From contig CAVISO010000001.1 of the NCBI GenBank assembly GCA_963645435.1, positions 3,987 to 67,986 of the forward strand: a stretch of DNA of 64,000 nt. Reading direction: 5' to 3'. Both the position numbers and the translations under genes were made by a program. This document shows, one piece after another, positions 27,975-36,139 of this stretch. Position 1 is the first letter of the stretch; each line of letters starts with the position of its first letter. Under the pieces are notes generated by a model. The model saw only the letters and a program-made list of their open reading frames with translations, was not told the DNA's origin and did no database searches. Origin of the DNA: Sphaerochaetaceae bacterium (GTDB lineage Bacteria; Spirochaetota; Spirochaetia; Sphaerochaetales; Sphaerochaetaceae).

Positions 27975-28651
27975 AGCGTGATTATCTCGTTGTAATTTTT
28001 TATTACGTAAGGCCAGGTGACCATGGGGGCTAAGGTTCTTTGGACGGTGTCGTCAAAACCAGGGGACTGGATGCCATAGACTTTTTTAAAGTTGGTTGCC
28101 AGGGCGGCTCTGAGACCGTTAGGGGCATCCTCAAAGCAGATGGCCTGGTTTGGGGCTGTTTCAGCTATTTTGAGGGCGTATTGGAAAATATCGGGATTGG
28201 GTTTGGAGGGGAGATCTTCTCTGCCGGCTATGATGTAGTCCTTGGAGAAGAGGTCTTTGAGGTCAAGATGATTATAGTACCAGTCCATGTTGATTTTTGG
28301 GGCGGAGGAGGCTATGAGGGTTTTGATGCCGCTTTCGTTGAGGCGCTGGATGAAGGCTACGGCGTTTTCTTCAAGTTGAAGATGGCGCTCAAGGCAAAGT
28401 TGGAGGTAGATTTCTTCTTTTTCGTTGGCAATTTCTACCAGGCGATTATAGGGAAGGTCTCCAAGCATGAGGCGCACGCAAACTGGGTCTGTACGGCCCA
28501 TAAGGTTGTCGTATTCTTTGTCTTCAAAAGGACGATTTCGGTATTTTATGGAGATTTCATTCCAGGCGTCTTTGTTTTCTTGGTAGTCAAAAAATAAGGT
28601 GCCGTTAAAATCAAATACAACGGCTTTTGCAATTGGCAATTTGTTTTGCAT
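27971..28651 (-). CDS. HAD-superfamily hydrolase (beta-phosphoglucomutase-like subfamily)
   Basis: Has motif I VVFDFNGTLF, motif II LIASSA and motif III/IV KPNPDIF...FEDAPNGLRAA. Confidence 0.8.
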   Translation of the reverse strand: MQNKLPIAKAVVFDFNGTLFFDYQENKDAWNEISIKYRNRPFEDKEYDNLMGRTDPVCVRLMLGDLPYNRLVEIANEKEEIYLQLCLERHLQLEENAVAFIQRLNESGIKTLIASSAPKINMDWYYNHLDLKDLFSKDYIIAGREDLPSKPNPDIFQYALKIAETAPNQAICFEDAPNGLRAALATNFKKVYGIQSPGFDDTVQRTLAPMVTWPYVIKNYNEIITL

Positions 28652-28674
28652 TTTATAGTTCCTCTATAAATATA

Positions 28675-28703
28675 TTGACATATTCGTTGGGGAAAAGTAT
28701 AGT
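28675..28703 (+). promoter_or_regulatory. Sigma-70-type promoter of the rimP-nusA-infB operon
   Basis: TTGACA (28675-80), an exact 17-nt spacer, then TATAGT (28698-703). Confidence 0.55.
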
Positions 28704-28732
28704 GATAGAGGATTTTTAATGAGGATTTTTGA

Positions 28733-28759
28733 GGGATCGAAAGTTTCGGTCCCTTTTTT
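28733..28759 (+). terminator. Terminator-like hairpin in the rimP-nusA leader (attenuator candidate)
   Basis: GGGATCGAA (28733-41) pairs with TTCGGTCCC (28745-53) as a 9-bp stem including one G-U pair. It is followed by TTTTTT (28754-59). It lies between the promoter and the rimP ATG at 28768. Confidence 0.5.
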
Positions 28760-28767
28760 ATGGCTTT

Positions 28768-29274
28768 ATGTTGAAGAACGATATTATTAAAGACCCGCTT
28801 TTTGTGGATCTGAAGGATATTGTGGCGGATTTGGGCATGGTGCTGTGTGATGTGAAAAAGACAATGCAGGGCACTACCGTTCAGATTTCAGTAATCATCA
28901 TGAATCCTCAGGGAGACAGCAGTATTGAGGACTGTGCAAAGGTGCACAATACTATTCTTCCAAGGCTTCAGGTGAAGTACGGCCGGGATAATCTTTACGT
29001 GGAGGTCTCCACGCCGGGCTTGCAGAGGAACTTCAGAGATGCCTACGAGTTTGAGGTGTTTACTGGAAAAAGATGCAGGCTTTATTGCCTAAGTGCTGCT
29101 TCCTGGATGGAAGGAGTAATAGGTAAAGTGGAGAACTCAGGGGTCACTCTTCTGAACTTTGAGATTGAGAACTCAAAAGAGAAGGGCGAGGAGAAATTTG
29201 TTGAATTTAATGATATCCAGAAGGCAAAACTGGATTATAAGTGGGAGGATGTGAAAAATGTCCGAGTTAAGTGA
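28768..29274 (+). CDS. rimP: Ribosome maturation factor RimP
   Basis: Position directly upstream of nusA. The family-like pattern is LGMVLCDVKK...VEVSTPGLQRNFR...F..F.GK. The track ORF start at 28729 would include the leader hairpin, so I prefer the ATG at 28768. Confidence 0.75.
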   Translation: MLKNDIIKDPLFVDLKDIVADLGMVLCDVKKTMQGTTVQISVIIMNPQGDSSIEDCAKVHNTILPRLQVKYGRDNLYVEVSTPGLQRNFRDAYEFEVFTGKRCRLYCLSAASWMEGVIGKVENSGVTLLNFEIENSKEKGEEKFVEFNDIQKAKLDYKWEDVKNVRVK

Positions 29275-30748
29275 TGCCATTAGAACAATGGTGGAAGAGA
29301 AGGGTATCTCTCAGGATTTGGTATTAGATACTATTAGACAGACGCTTTTGGCTACCTACAGAAGAAAGTTTGGTACGGATGACAATGCGGTTGTTACTTT
29401 TGCTGAGGATCTTTCCTCTGTTGAGCTTGCTGCACGCAAGGTGGTTGTTGCTGATGATGACTTTGATGACCCTGTTGTTGAAATTGACCTTTCTACTGCT
29501 CAGGAAGAGTATGGTCAGGAAGCAGAAGTTGGTGATGAACTCTTGATTCCTATTGATCCTAAGAGCTTTGACAGAATTAGCGTCCAGACTGGTAAGCAGA
29601 GAGCTCAGTCCGCCCTCAGAGAAATTCAGAAAGATGAACTTTTGCAGGAATTCAAGGGAAAGGTTGGTCAAATCATCAATGGTTATGTTCAGGGTGAGAG
29701 AGAAAACGGAGACCTGCTGGTGGACCTTGGTAGAACTCAGGGTTATTTGCCAAGAAAGAATCAGAGCCCTAAAGAGATGTACATAAAGGGTGACAAGATT
29801 CGCTGTTATGTTGAAAGTGTCAGACCGGATGAGAAGTCTGATAAAAATATTAAGGTGCTTTTGAGCAGAGTTCACGAAGAATTTGTTAGAAAACTCTTTG
29901 AAATCTATGTTCCTGAGCTGGTTTCTAAGGATCCTAGCATTGAAATTATGAAGATTGTTCGTGAGGCTGGTTACAGAACCAAGGTTGCTGTTTATCCTAA
30001 GAAGGTGGATGCAGATGCTGTTGGTACCTGTGTTGGTCTCAAGGGTAACAGAATTCAGGCTATCATGAAAGAGTTGGATGACGAAAGGATTGATGTTATT
30101 AAGTGGGATCCAAATCCGCTTGAGTACATTGCTAATGCTCTTTCTCCTGCTAAAGTACTTAAGGTTTATGTTATTGACCAGGCTAAGAAAGAAGCGGTTG
30201 CCATTGTTGATGAGGCTCAGCTCTCTCTTGCTATTGGTAAGCAGGGCTTGAACGTTAAGTTGGTTAACAGACTTTGTGACTGGCTTGTCAACGTTAAGAC
30301 TCAAGAGCAGTTCTCTGAGATGGATATTTCTGTGGAAGCCAGAAACCAGGCAGACGCCTTGTTCTCTGATTCAGAACAGCAGTATGAAGAAGAGCAGCTA
30401 ATTGATGAGGAGGAAGAGATGAAACTCACAGATCTTCCTTTGGATCCAAGTCTTATTACGAAGCTTAACTTCTATGATGTTTATACAGTAGAAGAATTTA
30501 TCAATCTTTCTGATGAAGAAATTGCTACCTTTAATAAGCCGGAGGCTCCACTTTCTGCTGAAGAAATTGAGACCATTAACAATGTAATCAGAGAGAATGT
30601 TGATATTGTTGAAGATGAAGTTGAGACGCAGGATGAAGATGGTTTTGTCTGTCCTAACTGTGGACATCCTCTTGCCGTTGGAATGACGGAATGTCCTAAC
30701 TGCCATGTTGGTATAAGCTTTGAGAATGTCGGAGAAGACGAGGAGTAA
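29258..30748 (+). CDS. nusA: Transcription termination/antitermination factor NusA with C-terminal zinc ribbon
   Basis: Has an N-terminal domain, an S1 domain (GQIINGYVQGERENGDLLVDLGRTQGYLP) and KH1/KH2 (CVGLKGNRIQAIMKEL, AIGKQGLNVKLVNRL). The C-terminus carries CPNC-N10-CPNC. Confidence 0.95.
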   Translation: MSELSDAIRTMVEEKGISQDLVLDTIRQTLLATYRRKFGTDDNAVVTFAEDLSSVELAARKVVVADDDFDDPVVEIDLSTAQEEYGQEAEVGDELLIPIDPKSFDRISVQTGKQRAQSALREIQKDELLQEFKGKVGQIINGYVQGERENGDLLVDLGRTQGYLPRKNQSPKEMYIKGDKIRCYVESVRPDEKSDKNIKVLLSRVHEEFVRKLFEIYVPELVSKDPSIEIMKIVREAGYRTKVAVYPKKVDADAVGTCVGLKGNRIQAIMKELDDERIDVIKWDPNPLEYIANALSPAKVLKVYVIDQAKKEAVAIVDEAQLSLAIGKQGLNVKLVNRLCDWLVNVKTQEQFSEMDISVEARNQADALFSDSEQQYEEEQLIDEEEEMKLTDLPLDPSLITKLNFYDVYTVEEFINLSDEEIATFNKPEAPLSAEEIETINNVIRENVDIVEDEVETQDEDGFVCPNCGHPLAVGMTECPNCHVGISFENVGEDEE

Positions 30749-30759
30749 TAGGTTATTAG

Positions 30760-33567
30760 ATGTCAGAAGATAACAAACCCAAGGTAACATTGATTAAAAA
30801 ATCCAAGATGCCGGAAGTCTCAAATCCTGTGGTTACACCTAAGGTAGAGGCTCCTGCAGAAAAGAAGAAGATTGTCATTGTTAAGAAAAAGCCTACCGTT
30901 GTAGTCAAGGCTCAGGAATCACAGGCTCAGATTGCTCCAGTGCAGCCAGCACAGGCTCAACCTCAAATGCAGCCTGCTCAGCCGGCTCAGCCGGTTCAGC
31001 AGGTTCAGCCTCAGGTGGTTCAGCCTCAGGCTCAAAAACCAGCTGAATCTGTTAAGCCTGCTGTAGCAAAGCCCGCTACAAAGCCAGAGTCTGCTAAGCC
31101 AGAGGTCGTTAAGCCAGAGGCTGTTAAGCCTGCTCAGCCACAAAGTTTTGCAGGACAAAAAATTATTGGTGCTCAGTTTAATAAGAAGCCTGGTACTGTG
31201 CAGAAGAAGGTTGTGAAGAAATCTTCTGCAACTCAGAGTACTATTAACATGGGTCCAGTTATTATTTCTGGCGATAATCTTCCTCCAATTCTTCCAAAGA
31301 CAACTAACAAGCCTTATGAGAGCGGTAGAACCAGTGGTCCGGTTGGCTCTGTTGGTGGTGTTAACTATGGCGCTAATGGTCAGAGACTGAACAATAATGG
31401 TCATAGACAGGGTAACTTTGGACAGAGATCTGGTTTTGGTCAGGGCGGACAGGGAGGTCAGAGACCTCAGGGCTACGTCCCAAGAAGTGCTCAACAGGGT
31501 AATAACCGTGGTAATTTTACTCCTAGACAGGGTGGTTTTAACAAGGATGGACAACGTCCTGGTTTTGGTCAGAGACCTGCTTTTGGTTCTAAGGATAACA
31601 ATAATCGTGGTGGTTTCAGAGGTGGTTTCAGTGCACCTGCTGAGCCGGTTGCAGTAGATAAGAACCGCAGGGTTTATACTAAGGATAAGGGTAAGGATCG
31701 CAGAGACGAAAGAACTGACGAAGAGATGGAGTTCAAGCAGTTTGGCAAGAAGTCCAAGAGTCAGGAGCCTAGTGCTGCCGTTCCAAAATCAATTGATATT
31801 CTTTCTTCCATCACTGTCAGTGATCTTGCTAGAAAGATGAATATCAAGGCTTCTGAAATCATTTCCAAGCTGTTTGGCATGGGTATGATGGTGAGTATCA
31901 ACGAGAGTATTGATAGTGATACTGCTACTTTGATTGCGGACGAATATGGCTGTACTGTTCATCTGGTAAATCTTTACGACGAAACAATTATTGCTAGGGA
32001 AGAGGATACTGATCAGGATCTTCTGCCTAGAGCTCCAATTGTTACTGTCATGGGTCACGTTGACCATGGTAAAACCAAGTTGCTGGATGCTATTAGGTCT
32101 ACCAACGTGGTTGCCGGTGAGTTTGGTGGTATTACCCAGCACATTGGTGCTTACAAGGTGTCTATCCCAGATAAGGGGGATATTGTCTTCTTGGATACTC
32201 CGGGTCATGCGGCTTTCACAATGATGCGTGCCAGAGGAGCTCAGTTAACTGATATTGTTGTTCTTGTAGTTGCTGCCAATGATGGTGTTATGCCTCAGAC
32301 TTTGGAAGCTATTGACCATGCTAAGGCTGCTAATGTGCCAATCATTGTTGCTATTAACAAGATTGATTTGCCGGATGCAAAACCTGAGAGAGTCATGCAG
32401 CAGTTGTCAGATAAGGGCCTGGTTCCAGAAGAATGGGGCGGACAGACTTTGTACTGTCAGATATCGGCCTTGAAGAAGCAGGGTATTGATGAGCTGTTGG
32501 ATACCATTTTGCTTCAGGCGGAGATGATGGATCTCAGGGCGAACCCTAATTGCAGAGCAGAAGGGAAGATACTGGAGGCTCGCATTGATCAGGGGCGTGG
32601 TATTGTGGCGTCTGTTGTTGTTGAGCGAGGCACTCTCAAGCAGGGGGATTATTATGTTTCTGGAATTTATCCGGGCAGAGTTAGAGCCATGTTTGATGAT
32701 AAGGGCAAGAAGATTACTAGTGCCGGTCCGGCTACCCCGGTTGAGGTGATTGGGCTTTCTGATGTGCCTTCTGCAGGTGATCCGTTCCAGGTGTGCGAGA
32801 ATGAAAAGCAGGCTAGACAGATTGGTACCAAACGTCAGGAATTGGAGAGGATGAATCAGGCAAGTAAGTTCAAGAAAGTTACGCTTGAGACTCTCAATGA
32901 CGCTATCAAGGACGGTGAGGTTCAGGAGCTTAACGTTATCATTAAGGGTGACGTCCAGGGTTCTGTTGAGGCTCTCCAGCTGGCATTGGAAAAGCTTTCT
33001 ACGTCTGAAATTAGAGTACGTGTCATTCGTGCGGCTGCAGGTGCTATCATTGAAGATGATATTAACTTGGCATCGGCTTCAGAGAATCCGGCTTTGGTCA
33101 TTGGCTTTAACGTCAGACCTACTCCAAAGGCTCAGGCTAGAGCAGACCAGGAGAAGATTGAGATTCGTAAGTACAACATTATTTACAACGTTGTGGATGA
33201 TGTCAGAGCCGCTATGGAAGGTATGCTTTCACCAGAAAAGACAGAGGTGGACGTTGGTACTGCTACGGTTAGACAGGTCTTCAGAGTGCCTAAGGTTGGT
33301 CTTGTTGCCGGTTGTTACATTCTTTCTGGTAGCGTGAAGAGAAATAACTACTGCCGCGTTATTAGAGAGAACATCCAAATCAACAAGGATCTGGTCAAGA
33401 TTACTTCTCTCAAGCGCTTCAAGGATGATGTCCGCGAGGTGGCTGCAGGCTTTGAATGCGGTATTGGAATTGAAGGCTTCCAGGATCTCAAAGAGGGCGA
33501 TACCTTTGAATTTGTTGAAATTCACGAGACGGCCAGAAAGCTGGAAGTTTCTGACGAGTACATTTGA
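30760..33567 (+). CDS. infB: Translation initiation factor IF-2
   Basis: Has the GTPase motifs [17 protein letters not shown] and NKID. The N-terminal region is Q/P/K-rich and low in complexity. Confidence 0.95.
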   Translation: MSEDNKPKVTLIKKSKMPEVSNPVVTPKVEAPAEKKKIVIVKKKPTVVVKAQESQAQIAPVQPAQAQPQMQPAQPAQPVQQVQPQVVQPQAQKPAESVKPAVAKPATKPESAKPEVVKPEAVKPAQPQSFAGQKIIGAQFNKKPGTVQKKVVKKSSATQSTINMGPVIISGDNLPPILPKTTNKPYESGRTSGPVGSVGGVNYGANGQRLNNNGHRQGNFGQRSGFGQGGQGGQRPQGYVPRSAQQGNNRGNFTPRQGGFNKDGQRPGFGQRPAFGSKDNNNRGGFRGGFSAPAEPVAVDKNRRVYTKDKGKDRRDERTDEEMEFKQFGKKSKSQEPSAAVPKSIDILSSITVSDLARKMNIKASEIISKLFGMGMMVSINESIDSDTATLIADEYGCTVHLVNLYDETIIAREEDTDQDLLPRAPIVTVMGHVDHGKTKLLDAIRSTNVVAGEFGGITQHIGAYKVSIPDKGDIVFLDTPGHAAFTMMRARGAQLTDIVVLVVAANDGVMPQTLEAIDHAKAANVPIIVAINKIDLPDAKPERVMQQLSDKGLVPEEWGGQTLYCQISALKKQGIDELLDTILLQAEMMDLRANPNCRAEGKILEARIDQGRGIVASVVVERGTLKQGDYYVSGIYPGRVRAMFDDKGKKITSAGPATPVEVIGLSDVPSAGDPFQVCENEKQARQIGTKRQELERMNQASKFKKVTLETLNDAIKDGEVQELNVIIKGDVQGSVEALQLALEKLSTSEIRVRVIRAAAGAIIEDDINLASASENPALVIGFNVRPTPKAQARADQEKIEIRKYNIIYNVVDDVRAAMEGMLSPEKTEVDVGTATVRQVFRVPKVGLVAGCYILSGSVKRNNYCRVIRENIQINKDLVKITSLKRFKDDVREVAAGFECGIGIEGFQDLKEGDTFEFVEIHETARKLEVSDEYI
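31081..31135 (+). repeat. In-frame 15-nt tandem repeat inside infB (KPExx units)
   Basis: AAGCCAGAG-N6 occurs three to four times ([19 protein letters not shown]). It lies within a broader CAGCC(T/G)-rich tract at 30930-31140. Confidence 0.75.
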
Positions 33568-33587
33568 TTTTGAGGTTGTGAGATTAT

Positions 33588-33932
33588 ATGAGTGAATATA
33601 GTCAGAGCAGAATAGAGTCCAGGATTCTTGAGGCGGTAAATATGCTGATTGTCAGTGGCGAAATCAAGAATCCTAAACTTAGCAGATTTGCAAGCATAAG
33701 CGCAATAAATCTTTCCAAAGACAACGCTTATGCTACGCTCTATGTTTCTTGCCTTATAGACGATGGTTCTTTGGAGCGCTCGGTTAGTGCACTTCAAAGT
33801 GCTGCCGGCTTTATCCAGGCCAGGCTTGCTCAGGCCCTTAAGACAAGAAATACCCCTAAGCTTACTTTTGTAGCCGATACTACTGAACGTGAAGCTCAGA
33901 AAATGAACGAGCTTTTGGCAAAACTGAAATAA
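33588..33932 (+). CDS. rbfA: Ribosome-binding factor A
   Basis: Size is 114 aa, positioned after infB. Has RIESRILEAVNMLIVSGEIKNPKLS...IS and a C-terminal TPKLTFVAD. Confidence 0.9.
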   Translation: MSEYSQSRIESRILEAVNMLIVSGEIKNPKLSRFASISAINLSKDNAYATLYVSCLIDDGSLERSVSALQSAAGFIQARLAQALKTRNTPKLTFVADTTEREAQKMNELLAKLK

Positions 33933-33941
33933 TTTTGGAAT

Positions 33942-34889
33942 ATGGGTGTAGTTGGGAAAAACGCAGTTATTCTTGTTGATAAAGCCTCTGGTATTACCTC
34001 TTTTGACTGTCTTGGCAGGATTAAGAGGCTGGTTAACAAGAAGACGGGTCATTGTGGCACGCTTGATAAGTTTGCTCATGGACTTTTGATTGTTCTTTGC
34101 GGAAATTATACCCATTTGGTTAACGCATTCATGGGAATGGATAAGACCTATGAAGCGGTCATTGAATTTGGTAAGTGCACTGATACCCTGGACCCAGAAG
34201 GAACCGTTTTTGAAACCGGTAGCATTCCTTCTTTGGAAGAGGTACAAAAGGCGGTAAATGCCATGCTAGGTCCTATTAAACAAGTGCCGCCTGCCTACAG
34301 TGCAATTCATGTTAACGGAAAGAGATGCTATCAAATGGCGCGTGCTATGAAAGAGCCAGGACAGCTACCGGTAGAGCTTGAAGCCCGTCCTGTTATTATT
34401 CACAGCGCTACAATTCTTTCCTATGAGGCTCCTTTCCTGAAGGTGCGCTTGCGGGTCTCTAAGGGTACTTATGTTCGCTCCTACGCCAGAGATTTGGGGC
34501 GTTTGTGTGGTTCCTGTGCCTATGTGAAGGAACTTTACAGGACTTCTATTGGTCCTTTTGATGTAAAAGATGCAATCCCTTATGATGCTTCTGAGGCTTT
34601 AAGTGCCATTGGCACTGACCTTGAGTCTTCTGGCTTTAAGTTTATTAAGTGCATTCCCGGGACTTCCTGTATTGAAGTCTCCAAGACGGTGGCTTTCAAA
34701 CTTTCCAACGGCTCTGTTCCAAAGGCTCTTTTATCTAAGCTGCCACAAGCGGTTCCACAAGGGACAAACCTAATTATTTTTATGTGCGAAGATCTTCCTG
34801 TTTGCATGTACAGCACTAAAGAGAATAAGATTATTTGCCAGGTTACTGCTTCCTCGCTGGTTCAACAAGGTGGGTATAGCTGTGATTAA
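33942..34889 (+). CDS. truB: tRNA pseudouridine(55) synthase TruB
   Basis: Has the catalytic motif GHCGTLD, plus KTYEAVIEFG and QVPPAYSAI. Confidence 0.9.
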   Translation: MGVVGKNAVILVDKASGITSFDCLGRIKRLVNKKTGHCGTLDKFAHGLLIVLCGNYTHLVNAFMGMDKTYEAVIEFGKCTDTLDPEGTVFETGSIPSLEEVQKAVNAMLGPIKQVPPAYSAIHVNGKRCYQMARAMKEPGQLPVELEARPVIIHSATILSYEAPFLKVRLRVSKGTYVRSYARDLGRLCGSCAYVKELYRTSIGPFDVKDAIPYDASEALSAIGTDLESSGFKFIKCIPGTSCIEVSKTVAFKLSNGSVPKALLSKLPQAVPQGTNLIIFMCEDLPVCMYSTKENKIICQVTASSLVQQGGYSCD

Positions 34890-35706
34890 GGCGGTTTTGG
34901 ATACTTCCTTTTTTGCTGGTTCTTCTTTGTTTGAAGGGGGCTCTGTTGTAAGTATTGGAGTCTTTGACGGGCTTCATTTAGGGCATCAGGAAATTATTAA
35001 AAAAAACGTTGAAATTGCTAGAAAGGGCGGCTATTTGAGCACAGTCCTTACTTTCTCTGTAAATCCTAAGATGGCAAAGGGTTCCATGAAAAAGCTGGAG
35101 CCAATTGAGACGGCTTTGGAAATGGATGAAATGTTGGAGAAAATGGGCGTACAGGTGCACTGCACAATTGACTTTTCTAGTGATATGAGTAAACTTTCGG
35201 GTGAGGAGTTCATTGCCAGGCTGTGTACGTCGTGCAAGGTTCAGGCAATGGTTGTTGGGACAAGTTTCCGCTGTGGAAATCCACATGAGAGTGTGGGACC
35301 TTCTGAATTAGAAGTGCTCTTGTCCAAATATACTTCATCTGCATTTCTAGTGGTAGTTCCTTCCGTCTTTGTTGAAGGCGTTGAGGTGAGCAGCTCCTTG
35401 ATTCGCAGATGTCTCCTAACAGGTGATTTGGAACGCGTTTCCAAATTGCTTGGCAGAGCGTACAGTCTTGACCTCAGGGGCTTTCCCTGTGAGTGGAGTC
35501 AAAATCGCCTGTTCTATGACGTCCGCACTCTTGGACGGCTTCTTCCTCCGGAAGGGGTCTACATGGTGGAAGCGACAGAAAACCAAAGTGGGGTAGACGT
35601 GGTGAAAACCGCTAGCAAAGCCCAGCTTTGTATTTCAGAGGACCATTTGGCTCTGGAACTGCCTGTGCGGATGAATCCAAGTGGGATTACTTTCCTAGGA
35701 GCGTAA
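34870..35706 (+). CDS. ribF: FAD synthetase (RibF) with short, degenerate riboflavin-kinase half
   Basis: Has the N-terminal nucleotidyltransferase motifs IGVFDGLHLGHQEII and SSSLIR. The C-terminal roughly 95 aa lack the PTAN and NIGxRPT kinase motifs. Confidence 0.75.
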   Translation: MGIAVIKAVLDTSFFAGSSLFEGGSVVSIGVFDGLHLGHQEIIKKNVEIARKGGYLSTVLTFSVNPKMAKGSMKKLEPIETALEMDEMLEKMGVQVHCTIDFSSDMSKLSGEEFIARLCTSCKVQAMVVGTSFRCGNPHESVGPSELEVLLSKYTSSAFLVVVPSVFVEGVEVSSSLIRRCLLTGDLERVSKLLGRAYSLDLRGFPCEWSQNRLFYDVRTLGRLLPPEGVYMVEATENQSGVDVVKTASKAQLCISEDHLALELPVRMNPSGITFLGA

Positions 35707-35709
35707 CAA

Positions 35710-35976
35710 ATGGTTACCAAGGAACAGAAACAGCAGCTCATCGTTAAGTTTGGTGGAGATGAGAAGAACACAGGATCTACTGAAGTACAGATTGCTTTAC
35801 TTACAGCTAGAATCAACGACCTTCAGAATCACTTCAAGGCTAATCCAAAGGATCATGCATCTAACCGTGGTCTTTTGAAGATGGTTGGTCAGAGAAGAAG
35901 CCTTCTCAAGTATCTTAAGAATACCGATATTGAAAGATATCGTGCTCTTATTGCTGAGTTGGGTCTCAGAAAGTAA
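35710..35976 (+). CDS. rpsO: 30S ribosomal protein S15
   Basis: 88 aa, with [48 protein letters not shown]. Confidence 0.95.
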   Translation: MVTKEQKQQLIVKFGGDEKNTGSTEVQIALLTARINDLQNHFKANPKDHASNRGLLKMVGQRRSLLKYLKNTDIERYRALIAELGLRK

Positions 35977-35994
35977 GCTTACTTACGATGTATT

Positions 35995-36049
35995 GGCTCC
36001 GTGTATACGGGGCCATTACTGCGTTTTATGGCCGTTAATTTTTCTTTTG
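35995..36049 (+). terminator. rpsO terminator / start of structured pnp leader
   Basis: Two overlapping hairpins. The first is GGCTCCGT-GTAT-ACGGGGCC (35995-36014). The second is GGCCAT...ATGGCC (36011-36033), followed by a T-rich tail GTTAATTTTTCTTTT. Confidence 0.45.
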
Positions 36050-36139
36050 ATTTGTGGCTTCAGGCGGCATTGAAACTGGATTTTGAGAGAAATTTTAGGG
36101 GCGGAAAAGAAAGAAAAAAAGAAGTAGAAAGGAAGAAAA

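Noticed and set aside
28719-28790. A 23-codon leader ORF (ATG at 28719 after AGAGGA) spanning the rimP leader hairpin.
   Set aside because: It is plausible as a leader peptide, but there is no supporting conservation information and it overlaps the rimP start out of frame. I kept only the hairpin observation.
29324-30304. A 326-aa ORF antisense to nusA.
   Set aside because: It lies wholly inside the strongly conserved nusA coding region. Its translation is low-complexity (N/L/S/I-rich) with no recognisable motif. This is a typical shadow ORF.
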